64,000 nucleotides of DNA. Origin: an uncultured Acidobacteriota bacterium (lineage in GTDB: Bacteria; Acidobacteriota; Terriglobia; Terriglobales; SCQP01). The position numbers were made by a program, and so were the translations under genes. The notes beneath the pieces are model-generated. The model was not told the DNA's origin. It ran no database searches and saw nothing but the letters and a program-made list of their open reading frames with translations. How positions within the stretch are numbered: the stretch's first letter is position 1; each line of letters begins with the position of its first letter. Shown one piece after another: positions 46,101-53,474 of the stretch. The DNA lies in contig CALEJU010000010.1 of the NCBI GenBank assembly GCA_937898755.1, positions 515-64,514 of the forward strand, written 5' to 3'.

Positions 46101-48677
46101 ACCGCCGTGGTTGGATTGCAGGTGCGGGCCCAGGCCGTTCTAGGGGCGACCACCCCATCACCCTTCCGCTTCAACGACACCTACTTCAGCACCACCGGGG
46201 CCAACTCCGATCTGGCGCTGACGTCGGTCACGTTTCAACGGGATCTCAACGCCGCACCCGCGGTCATCGGCGAACAGACGACTGCCACCCTCAACATCAC
46301 CAACAACGGAACTGCAGCCACCCCCACACGCCTGATCAACGGCAATTCAATCATCGGCTCGGTGCAGATCGCTCTGGGTGGGCGTCCGCTGATCGCCTAC
46401 TACCTGATCAACACCTTGCAGCCGCAGCAGACGGCTGCGGTGGCACTGCCGTTCTTCATCCCCGACTTCGGCTTGGCCGGTTCCCAAGCGTTGAGTTTTA
46501 CCTTCACTCCCATCGATGGCGCGGTCGACCTGACCACCTCGGACAAGATCCTGTCGCAGAACATCTCCATCGTCGACTGGGGGGTGGCGATCAACGGCGG
46601 TGGCCCCGGCTCCTCGGCCGGCAACCCGCTCCCGGTGGCGCAGGGCGCAACGGTCAACGTTCCGCTCCTGTTCACCAACAGCGCGAATACGAAGCTGGAT
46701 CCAACGGTGAATCCCGTCGTGGTGAGTGGCAGTCAGCCCACCACTGGACTTTCCGTCACCGTGCCTGCCGGAACTCTGAACAGCACGTCGGTCAACGTTC
46801 CTGTCGCGGTCACCGCGGGGGTGAATGACGGACTTTATGTGCTCAACCTCGATGTCGCGATGAACAAAGGGCGGGTGGCGAGCAGCACGTCTCTTGGCGG
46901 AGGGGCGGAGTTGGCCCGCTCCAGCTTGGACACTTCGGGCGGCTTCTTTGGCGACACCGTTCGCAAGGCGGTGGTCTATCTGCAGGTCGGCGCCACACCG
47001 GGTCTCAAGGTGAGCCTGACCAGCAGTCCGAGCGGGACCGCAGCCAACCCCATTCAGGTTGATGGCCCGCAGCAGATCCCCCTGGGCATCACGCCGACGC
47101 GGCAGGACGGCAAGACCACCGGAACCGTAGATCTTGATGTGCAGGGGAGTTCGCAGTTCGGGACGCTGCAAAGCGGTCAAGTCGTCGCCGATCAGAATAT
47201 CTCCGCCATCCCTTACGGTACGGTGACCACGGTTCAGGTCGGCGCGGCGGTGGACTACAGCGGCAATAGTGCCGTGCCGGTCGGACCTGCCAGCCTGACC
47301 GTAGTGGCGCACTCGCCGCAGGGGCAGGCCGGGCGCGGACGCCGCGAAAGCGGAGCGGCCGCTTCGGGTGGGACGCCCTCCAACACCCTGCAGGTCTTCT
47401 TCAACGTGGGCGACTTGAACGTCGCTTTTTCGCCGTCCGCCTCGGGCGGGTACAACTTCCCGGTGGGGGGCACGCAGACCATCTCGGTGACCACCTCGGC
47501 GGTCAGCGGCTTTAAGACGGTGCCGTTGATCCTGTCTTGGGAGCTGCCGGCCGGCGTGACGATTGACCAGAACGACGTCACGCTGAGCTCCGTCAACGCC
47601 ACCACAACGTTCAAGATGAGCTATATCGGGCCGGCCGGCGGCGGCCACTCGCTGCTCTTCCTGAACGTCTTCGTGCCCTTCAACGCCAGCATCGCCAACC
47701 AGAGCTTCTACAAGTTCTACGTGGTTCCGGTGACGCTGGGCAGCAGCGCCGCCGGCCTGGGCGGCGGTGGGCTCTCCACCGCCGCCGCGGGCGGCGACGG
47801 CCTGCGCGGCCGCTGGGCGCGCGGCGTTCCGCGCTCTTTGGGAAGCGGCAGGGGAATTGCCGCGCCGACACGCACGCAACCCTTGCGCCTGACCGTGCAG
47901 GGGCACGACATCACATTGCATCCCGCCAACCCGCGTCCGGGCGACCCGGTGCGGGTGCGGGTGCCGGTCATGAACGATGGCGACACCATAGCGCGTGACG
48001 TTCCCGTCGAACTCACCCTCAGCGGCCAGCCGCTGGCCTCGACCACGGTGACCGTGCGGGCCCACGGCATGAGCGTGGCCGAACTCGAGTGGACGATCCC
48101 CATCGCACAGCAGGCGGCCTTCGGTGAACGGCTGCGCGTGCAGGTGGATCGCGACAACCGGCTCACCCCGGCCAGTCCCGCGAAAAGTGCGGCCGTGGAT
48201 TTGCAACTCGGCGAAGACGGCGGACCCGCCGTGCGCGGCCGCGGGCCGCAACAGCGGCAGCGCGGCACCCTGGCCTTCCCGGCGGAAACCTGCGCTGGCT
48301 ACCGGTTCGCTTTTGCCGGCGAAACGGCCTGCGGGTCGGCGGATGCAGAGTTCATGGCCGCCGGTGGCCACGTCAGCGTCGAAGGGCGCGACGGTATCGC
48401 CGATCTCGGGTTCGCCGACTTGGGTAACCCGCCCGCCGTGCCGTCCACCGGCTTTGTGAGCACACCGCAAATGTTGCAGGTGGGTCACGTGTACGCGGTG
48501 CGGGTGCGCAGCGCGACAGTGCTCGTCCGCGTCGTTTCCGTGCACAACCCCGACGCCGAACGCGAGGTTCGCGAAAAGGTCTTCGGGCGTGGCCATAACC
48601 CGCTCGACCACGCCCCCGTTCCGCATACACTGCAAGGCGGAGCGCCGGTGACGGTGACGCTGGAATGGCTGCAATAG
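40122..48677 (+). CDS. Giant secreted/surface protein: signal-anchor, FecR domain, 3 PKD-like, NTF2-like module, ~9 CARDB-like repeats, further Ig-like region, terminal CARDB and unknown C-terminal domain
   Basis: Single open frame to 48677. Start candidates are ATG 40008 (ATGA overlap with the cyclase stop), ATG 40122 and ATG 40143 (GGAG 7 nt upstream). The FecR pattern is RLRLDMEDGSVLNIGSSALVRVL...VIGTDVFLDAS...LSGTVTVSS. The CARDB pattern is PDLxV...N.G...A...ESNxxNN. Confidence 0.85.
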   Translation: MQERSKLMGNWALGLDGKAGLVRALGAMSVLAVGLMAAAPAPTVAGKVGAVLPNATIAPQQPTAAMLAKLPAAKKGDSVSYQQYVATSNSGRLRLDMEDGSVLNIGSSALVRVLPSNTGRHASALQLVYGKIREYGNGTHNGQQITTPTAVAGVIGTDVFLDASPFNSSITVLSGTVTVSSSNPGIGGGVTLTAGEHADVGANRAPLKRPATPQEVQQALQSTDPLALEFNVPDSLKPGAPPQSGYVQGKGVEQIDPAASSIEGAGMLLKLQPLQGQRLTFTLQALTQAVHGAHAVHFRTRSGENIDTSVLVSSLNPPTAQPGPALSVTQGAPATFNGAKSSSPNGAIASYDWLLRGVGQLSRGDTFVVNTGGIEPGTYDVQLTVVDAAGMTATAVTKLTITRATQAPVAKFQIPSKVMQGSLLMLDASASQARDGASLRSYSWSSPDFALSASGATVQVNTSNLYVGTTYNIRLEVTDSNGVVSSLTLPVVLSPAALPVAAPGQAQRVTAGTTATFDGSQSTASSGRITTYSWRLDPPPGQQFNGSPTVLVGDRPSFSIDTTALSPGDYTLTLVVTDAAGQTGTAATKLTVMPGASSSGTPQDVVQTLGNAYQALNSSQFLSHFSSGQSGYDPFPSYEALAENFKSSFSQLQSATVNIQIANVQTQGNYATVFANWTINYTFKANGATGSLKENLTIRLENVAGGGWLITDFQGSTGKVGTNSGGQLQLGKTPASAVANFTLSGFTAAAAVASGATATVSVTASNNGSGDAAASKIALTLQGVDAPVGTIPVPPLAHGASAALTGTFQAPATVSGANLTLVATINADRSVSESNFDDDTAKTTITVGLPDLSVSAVTAPNNVLLPGVPGTLTATVANGGLIASAPTTLVATLGAAAVQIGTGAVPNVNPGQSVQVTIPVNTPANLSGPQPIAVTVNPTHALAESSYANNTFTGTIIAGQPDLVVGTSSVIPNPLVAGTPGTLAVVVTNQGTAPSAATTLIATGDVSGTQNVPVINAGQSATVNISFTTPEEGTYNVNLAITADPNESNKTNNTGKASFQVGAPDYIVQSAGLLQNGSPVTQVHPGDSFNTTITLADIGQSDPAAAGTVAVHVAVSGPQGQVYSNDFNSALPTLTHPVTNVSAAVALGPNAVPGSYTATVTVNPGGAVHESSTANNTLQFSFTILKQADYVVQSANLTVGGSVASLLHLGDTPTLNFTVANQGQTDPPAGAKLTVAYAVAGPGKNLPSGTVSIAAPTLAQATPASVTFNPLGQDATPGTYTITVTANSDGALPDGNPGNNTFQFQITVAGVPDYVVQTANVAVNGSAVSLLHVGDSPVLNFTLADIGMSDPPAGSAVTVTFSVAGPGKNSPTGTQKVPAPTRTQTSTGSFPLGTLDSQATPGTYTITVTVNGDGALPDANPGNNTFQVQVTIAGAADYIVQSANASLNGSVTNVLHANDAPTLNFTLSNIGQVDPPAGTMIAVAYAVTGPGQNLPSGTTQVAAPTQAQPTGGSFAVPSIGPNPTPGTYTVTVTVNPDHAVPEGNFNNDSRQFQITVAGVADYTVPAAGLLVNGTLVSPATVASGTTVQIGFVVTNLGSGDPPRGAQILVSYTDSLNNKQTQTVFAPIHSQNSSGSFTLQIPATAAAGTVVTGTITVNSDGALPESNPANDSAPFTLNIATAAPFSVIGPGGTAPALVAATTFSNTENQTSVVVGYTASATTLENATLSIQNNSPLAISFDSSGNVISTTNPTQRILVDSSNGAPAGNYSFTVSGKTASGLNLVPVQVNVMVVDVTLAPVTTPVQVLRNDSNGVSFPLTFNGYFPCAVAFPGNLGGGLTGVFVFEPGIGAAGRQRPTARPELTSSAGVCTGFQPNAAVKLQAQAFDVNPVLQTATLQVSVAGLRSTKSFTLPVNVYDFLLTATPASQANHRLSLTIGTPTTITLALVPINTSQTLTANLTLTPTVLSADPSVVKLSSVPATISSGTPVTYQVTTTAVVGLQVRAQAVLGATTPSPFRFNDTYFSTTGANSDLALTSVTFQRDLNAAPAVIGEQTTATLNITNNGTAATPTRLINGNSIIGSVQIALGGRPLIAYYLINTLQPQQTAAVALPFFIPDFGLAGSQALSFTFTPIDGAVDLTTSDKILSQNISIVDWGVAINGGGPGSSAGNPLPVAQGATVNVPLLFTNSANTKLDPTVNPVVVSGSQPTTGLSVTVPAGTLNSTSVNVPVAVTAGVNDGLYVLNLDVAMNKGRVASSTSLGGGAELARSSLDTSGGFFGDTVRKAVVYLQVGATPGLKVSLTSSPSGTAANPIQVDGPQQIPLGITPTRQDGKTTGTVDLDVQGSSQFGTLQSGQVVADQNISAIPYGTVTTVQVGAAVDYSGNSAVPVGPASLTVVAHSPQGQAGRGRRESGAAASGGTPSNTLQVFFNVGDLNVAFSPSASGGYNFPVGGTQTISVTTSAVSGFKTVPLILSWELPAGVTIDQNDVTLSSVNATTTFKMSYIGPAGGGHSLLFLNVFVPFNASIANQSFYKFYVVPVTLGSSAAGLGGGGLSTAAAGGDGLRGRWARGVPRSLGSGRGIAAPTRTQPLRLTVQGHDITLHPANPRPGDPVRVRVPVMNDGDTIARDVPVELTLSGQPLASTTVTVRAHGMSVAELEWTIPIAQQAAFGERLRVQVDRDNRLTPASPAKSAAVDLQLGEDGGPAVRGRGPQQRQRGTLAFPAETCAGYRFAFAGETACGSADAEFMAAGGHVSVEGRDGIADLGFADLGNPPAVPSTGFVSTPQMLQVGHVYAVRVRSATVLVRVVSVHNPDAEREVREKVFGRGHNPLDHAPVPHTLQGGAPVTVTLEWLQ
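43314..45173 (+). repeat. Five in-frame tandem repeats of exactly 372 bp (124 aa) inside the giant gene
   Basis: The (P/A)DY(I/V/T)V codon block recurs at 43314, 43686, 44058, 44430 and 44802. Conserved segments include TPGTYT(I/V)TVT and NPGNNTFQ. Confidence 0.85.
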
Positions 48678-48745
48678 AGGACAGGACGGGTGAGGAGCGG
48701 TGAGGACGGTGGCGGTCCGGTACACTGAATTCGTGTGGAGGTGAT

Positions 48746-49213
48746 ATGCGCCTATCGCGTGCGTTTTCTGCTGTCCTGCTGGTGACCTTGGCGCTGGCCG
48801 TCGCCGCCCCGGCGCAGCACCGCAAGAATCCGGATGTTGACGCGCCCGGTGGGGTGGGTCCCGCGCAGGCCGCCGACAGCGTCTTCTCGTTGCTCAAGGA
48901 CGGGCTCGAAGGACACATCAAACGCCTTTTCATGTCCGCCTTTGACCAGGACATGCCGGCCTACGATGAGTTTGACGATCAGATCGAGAAGCTATTCCGC
49001 GAGGTGCAGGTCTTCCGTGTCCAGTTCCGCGTACTGCAGAGCGAGATGCAGGATCGCTCGGGCGTCTTGTTGGTGCAGGTGGACCTCGATGAGAGCGGCT
49101 CGACCGCCCCACGCCGCGCCACGGAAGAGGTCAAGCTGAATCTGGTACTGACCAAGAAGGGCTGGCGCATCTCCGACCTCGAACCGCGCACCTTGTTCCT
49201 GCCGCCGCGCTAG
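48746..49213 (+). CDS. Small secreted protein, NTF2-like by eye; resembles an internal module of the giant protein
   Basis: GGAGGTG lies 2 nt upstream. Signal peptide MRLSRAFSAVLLVTLALAVAAPAQ. 155 aa. Confidence 0.65.
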   Translation: MRLSRAFSAVLLVTLALAVAAPAQHRKNPDVDAPGGVGPAQAADSVFSLLKDGLEGHIKRLFMSAFDQDMPAYDEFDDQIEKLFREVQVFRVQFRVLQSEMQDRSGVLLVQVDLDESGSTAPRRATEEVKLNLVLTKKGWRISDLEPRTLFLPPR

Positions 49214-49445
49214 ACCGGCACCAGCGGCCCTCCGATGAAGAAGTCAACGCCACGCATGTCTGGGCGCGTTCTCGGCGTTGCCTCGAGGCGCGCGCCGAGT
49301 CGGTTCGGGCGGAGCCGCGATTGCGGGTGGAGCTTTGGGTAGGTTCACCAGCCACCGCGTGGGTGCCACGCCAGCGTTCCACCGCGCCAAGTTTCCGGCA
49401 CAATAAGGGTGCCCACCACGAATTCATTCAGGAGTTTGGTTAATC

Positions 49446-49937
49446 ATGCCCAATCCGGATCGCGACCTGCAACTGCAGTCCTACGGCGAGGCGGCGAACG
49501 AACTGGTCTCGGCGTTGCACGAGTTCCCGCGGGAGATGTGGCACTTCAAGCCCGCCCAAGAGCGCTGGAGCATTCACCAGATCCTTGTGCATCTCGCTGA
49601 CGCCGAGGTCAGTGCCTACTTCCGCTGCCGCATCATCATCGCGGAGCCGGGTTCAGCCGTCTCGGTGTGGGATCAGGATCGCTGGGCGACCGGGTTGCGC
49701 TACGAAGAACAGAACGTGGAGGACGCGCTGACGTTGTTCCGCCTGTTGCGGCGCATGAATTATGAGCTGCTGCTGACCGTGCCGGAGACGGCGTGGAGTC
49801 AGACCATGCAGCACCCGGAACGAGGCGCGGTCACCCTCGAACAGTTCCTCACCACCTATGAGCGCCACACCCCGAAACACATCGAGCAGATGCGGGGCAA
49901 CCTCGATGCCTGGCGGAAGGCGCAGGTCCGTCCGTAA
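49446..49937 (+). CDS. DinB-superfamily protein
   Basis: 163 aa. WSIHQILVHLADAE and ERHTPKHIEQM His-rich helices are typical of the DinB_2 family. Confidence 0.8.
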   Translation: MPNPDRDLQLQSYGEAANELVSALHEFPREMWHFKPAQERWSIHQILVHLADAEVSAYFRCRIIIAEPGSAVSVWDQDRWATGLRYEEQNVEDALTLFRLLRRMNYELLLTVPETAWSQTMQHPERGAVTLEQFLTTYERHTPKHIEQMRGNLDAWRKAQVRP

Positions 49938-49963
49938 TCGCCGCACGGCCGAGGCGCCAACGA

Positions 49964-51829
49964 CTAACGCAGGCTTTTCACCTTGGCGATGATGGCGGCG
50001 GCGTCTATGCCGTACTTGTGCAGCAGCTCTTCCGGCTTGCCGCTGTGCGGGATCTCGGTGACTGCCAGGCGATGCAGTTGGACGCCGTGCGGCGCCACCG
50101 CCTCCGCCACAGCGTCGCCGATACCACCCGCCGGGTAATGATCCTCGACCGTGATGATGGTGTTGCGCGTCGCCTTGGCGGCGGCGAGCAGGGTCGCCGT
50201 ATCCACCGGGCGCACGCTGAAGAGGTCGATGACCCGAATGGCAATGCCTTCTTTTTTCAGCGCATCACAGGCGGCCAGCGCTTCAAACAGCGTTACGCCC
50301 GCGCCGACCACGGTGACCACGTCCTGATCGGACTGGCGCAACACCTTGGCCTGCCCGATGGCAAACTTTTCCTGGGCGGAATAAAGAATCGGAGCCTTGG
50401 GGCGGCCGGTGCGCACATAGCAGGGCCCGGCATGCTGCGCGACGAGATCAATCGCGTGCCACGTACTCACGGCATCGCTCGGGTAGAGCACCACCGTGGC
50501 CGGCATGGCGCGAAACAAGCTGAGATCCTCCAACCCCATTTGCGAGCTGCCGTCCTCGCCGATGGAGACGCCGGCGTGGGTGCCGACAAATTTGACATTT
50601 GAGCTGGCGAGCCCGGCGAGACGAATGAAGTCGGCGGCGCGGGTCAGGAAACAGGCGAAGGTGGAAGCAAAGGCGATCTTGCCGCAGGCGGCAAGGCCCA
50701 TGGCCATGCCCACCATATTCTGCTCGGCAATGTAGCCCTCGAAGAAGCGCGCCTGCGCCACGCCTTGGAAAGCGTCGGTGAAGGTGGAGTTCTTGACGTC
50801 GCCGTCGACGGCCACCACCCGCGGATCGACCTTGCCGAGAGCGGCGAGTGCCTGTCCGAAAGCTTCGCGCGTGGCGACCTGCTTGGCGGGGTCAAAGCTC
50901 GGGGCGGGCAGGGGTTCCGCGACGGCGGGCGCGGGTTTGTGCGGCGTGGGACCCAGCGGGCGGGGTTTCACGGCGGCGTTGGGGCTGAATTGTGCTTCCA
51001 GTTCCTTGATCGCGGCATCCTCTTCCGCGCCGGACTTGAACGGCTTGCCGTGCCAGCCTTCCTTGTTCTCAACAAAGGAGACCCCTTTGCCTTTCAAGGT
51101 TTCGGCCAGCACGACCGTCGGGCGGCCTTTGGTGGTGCGGGCGGTCTCGAAGGCGGCCAATAGTTGCGCAACGTCGTGACCGTCGACCACGAGCGCCTGC
51201 CAACCAAAAGACTCCCAGCGGCGCCGATACGTCTCCATCTGGTGCTGCAACATGGTGGGCTGGCTCTGACCCAGGCGGTTCACATCCACAATGGCGCAGA
51301 GGCTGTCCACCTGATCAAAGCTGGCCACTTCCGCCGCTTCCCAGACCGAACCCTCCGCCACCTCGCCGTCGCCCATCAGCACGTAGGTGCGGAAGTCGCG
51401 GTTGTCGACCCGGGCGCTGAGCGCCATGCCCAGGCCCACCGGCAGTCCCTGGCCCAGCGAGCCGGTGGGAACCGCCACGAAGGGCAGAATCGGCGTGGGA
51501 TGACCTTCAAGATCGGAATCGAGGCGCCGCAAGCTCAGCAGGTGCTCGCGCGAGAAGAGACCGAGCTCCGCCCAGGCGGCGTAGAGCACCGGTGCGGCGT
51601 GTCCCTTGGAGAGCACGAAGCGGTCATTGGCCGGGTTGGATGGATCGTGGGCGTCAAAATGCATCACCGAGAAAAACAAGCTGGCCACGATCTCGGCTGC
51701 CGACATGGAACTGGTGGGATGGCCACTGCCCGCCGCCGTGGTGGCGCGGATGGAGTCAATACGGAGCTGGGTGGCGATGTTGTGCAATCCCAGAACGAGG
51801 TCGGACGGGGCGGAGGTAGTGGTGGACAC
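49964..51829 (-). CDS. tkt: Transketolase
   Basis: 621 aa with GSGHPTSSMSAAEI, SKGHAAPVLYA, GSLGQGL and GDGEVAEGSVWEA motifs. Confidence 0.9.
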   Translation of the reverse strand: MSTTTSAPSDLVLGLHNIATQLRIDSIRATTAAGSGHPTSSMSAAEIVASLFFSVMHFDAHDPSNPANDRFVLSKGHAAPVLYAAWAELGLFSREHLLSLRRLDSDLEGHPTPILPFVAVPTGSLGQGLPVGLGMALSARVDNRDFRTYVLMGDGEVAEGSVWEAAEVASFDQVDSLCAIVDVNRLGQSQPTMLQHQMETYRRRWESFGWQALVVDGHDVAQLLAAFETARTTKGRPTVVLAETLKGKGVSFVENKEGWHGKPFKSGAEEDAAIKELEAQFSPNAAVKPRPLGPTPHKPAPAVAEPLPAPSFDPAKQVATREAFGQALAALGKVDPRVVAVDGDVKNSTFTDAFQGVAQARFFEGYIAEQNMVGMAMGLAACGKIAFASTFACFLTRAADFIRLAGLASSNVKFVGTHAGVSIGEDGSSQMGLEDLSLFRAMPATVVLYPSDAVSTWHAIDLVAQHAGPCYVRTGRPKAPILYSAQEKFAIGQAKVLRQSDQDVVTVVGAGVTLFEALAACDALKKEGIAIRVIDLFSVRPVDTATLLAAAKATRNTIITVEDHYPAGGIGDAVAEAVAPHGVQLHRLAVTEIPHSGKPEELLHKYGIDAAAIIAKVKSLR

Positions 51830-51927
51830 GCGGCTTCTCCCGATTCGGCGTAGCAGCGCCGGAGCACTAGTTTAACGCGAGACGACGCGGCCTCTTCGGC
51901 TCCAGCGCTGCCGCCGCGCAGCCACCG

Positions 51928-52902
51928 TCATCCCGCCACCGTTCCCCGCTTCGTGGTCAGGACTTCTTCGGGCAGGATGAAACGCACGTTCTCGGTGATC
52001 TCGCCGGTCTGTTCGACGTGCGTAAAGCCAAAGCGGCTACGCAGGGCGGCGACCACGTCCTGCACCAGCGACTCGGGAGCGGAGGCGCCGGCGGTCAGGC
52101 CGACACGATGCACGCCTTCCAACCAGGTCGGACGGATGTCGTCGGCGTTGTCAATCAGGTAGCCGGGCACCCCGGCGTTTTCCGCCACCTCGACCAGGCG
52201 CAGCGAGTTCGAGCTGTTTTCCGAGCCCACGACGAGAACCAGATCAACCGTGGGGGCGGTCAGCTTGAGCGCCGTCTGGCGGTTCTGCGTGGCGTAGCAG
52301 ATGTCCTGGGCCTTGGGCGCGGCGACGGCGGGGAAGCGCTCCCGCAGCCGGCGGATGATGTCGGCCGTCTCGTCCAGGCTCAGGGTGGTCTGCGTGAGGT
52401 AGGCGACGCGCTCTGGGTCGGGGAATTCGAGCGCCTCGACCTGCTCCAACGTCTCGACCACCGGCGTGCCCTCCGGCACCTCGCCCAGCAAGCCGATGAT
52501 CTCATCGTGATGGCGGTGGCCGATGATTACCAGACTGTAACCGCGCTTGATGTAATCGCGAGCCTCGACATGGACCTTGCTGACCAGCGGGCAGGTGGCG
52601 TCAATCACCTGCAGCCCGCGGGCCCGGGCCGCGTCCCACATCTGCGGGGCGACACCGTGGGCGCTGAAGAAGACGCGGGCGTCCACCGGCACCGCGTCGA
52701 GCGAGGGCACGAAGATGGCGCCACGCTCTTCCAGGCCGCGGATCACGGTGCGGTTGTGGACGATCTCCTTGAGGACATAGATGGGCGCGCCGAATTGCGC
52801 CAATGCTTCCTCGACCGCTTCGACCGCCCGCACCACGCCGGCGCAGAACCCCCGGGGCTGCAGCACAAAGACCGTTTTGGCGTCGGGTGAGGCGGCGGGC
52901 AT
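51928..52902 (-). CDS. ispH: 4-hydroxy-3-methylbut-2-enyl diphosphate reductase
   Basis: 324 aa with GFCAGVVRAVE, EIVHNRTV, ATCPLVSKVH and SSNSLRL motifs. Confidence 0.95.
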   Translation of the reverse strand: MPAASPDAKTVFVLQPRGFCAGVVRAVEAVEEALAQFGAPIYVLKEIVHNRTVIRGLEERGAIFVPSLDAVPVDARVFFSAHGVAPQMWDAARARGLQVIDATCPLVSKVHVEARDYIKRGYSLVIIGHRHHDEIIGLLGEVPEGTPVVETLEQVEALEFPDPERVAYLTQTTLSLDETADIIRRLRERFPAVAAPKAQDICYATQNRQTALKLTAPTVDLVLVVGSENSSNSLRLVEVAENAGVPGYLIDNADDIRPTWLEGVHRVGLTAGASAPESLVQDVVAALRSRFGFTHVEQTGEITENVRFILPEEVLTTKRGTVAG

Positions 52903-53064
52903 GGGCGGTGGTCCTCGCTTCCCATGGTAGCAAGTGCCCGGGGCATGGGGGAGGATCCGCTCTCAGCGCGCGCCGGGCGAAACCCGCATGGCCGAGGCGC
53001 CCGTATCCTGTGAGAATTATAATAACGGTATGATGCGTCCACGAGTGGCTGAGGGATAGTGCGC

Positions 53065-53340
53065 ATGACTTTGGACTGCCCGAAGTGTGGCGGCGGTGCG
53101 ATCCATCGCAGCCGGCGCAACGCCTGGGACCGCTTGCTGCGGCGCTCGGTGGTTTACCGTTGTGAGGCTTGTGCGTGGCGTTTCGCACCGCGCAAAGAGA
53201 AACATGCGGTGAAATATTGCCTCTGCGGCGCCGACCTCGACCGACGCAACGCGAAGACCGCCTGGGATCGGTTCATCTGCATGTTTGGCTTGCGCGTCTA
53301 TAGCTGCCGTCGCTGCGCGACGAAGCGCTACCGTTTCTAA
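53065..53340 (+). CDS. Small protein with two tandem zinc-ribbon modules
   Basis: ATG 53065 lies 8 nt after GAGGGA (alternative GTG 53059). The pattern CxxC-x(n)-R(R/N)(N/A)(A/K)(-/T)AWDR-x(n)-CxxC is repeated twice. Confidence 0.5.
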   Translation: MTLDCPKCGGGAIHRSRRNAWDRLLRRSVVYRCEACAWRFAPRKEKHAVKYCLCGADLDRRNAKTAWDRFICMFGLRVYSCRRCATKRYRF

Positions 53341-53474
53341 GCGCGTCCGCGCTGGGCCGTGGGCGGTCGCGAAGGCCTAAAAGTTCCAGCTCCGGACAAC
53401 ATTCCCCGCGGATCTCACGTCATAGCAGGCTGGACCCCCGCAGCACGCGGGAGCGTGCATGGAAGGAGGCTCGC

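Noticed and set aside
35202-49213. A tRNA-Leu-flanked genomic island carrying the giant-protein module
   Set aside because: There is no integrase or other mobility gene. No direct repeat of the tRNA 3' end is seen downstream (checked by eye around 49213-49446). Composition and codon bias look like the rest of the window.
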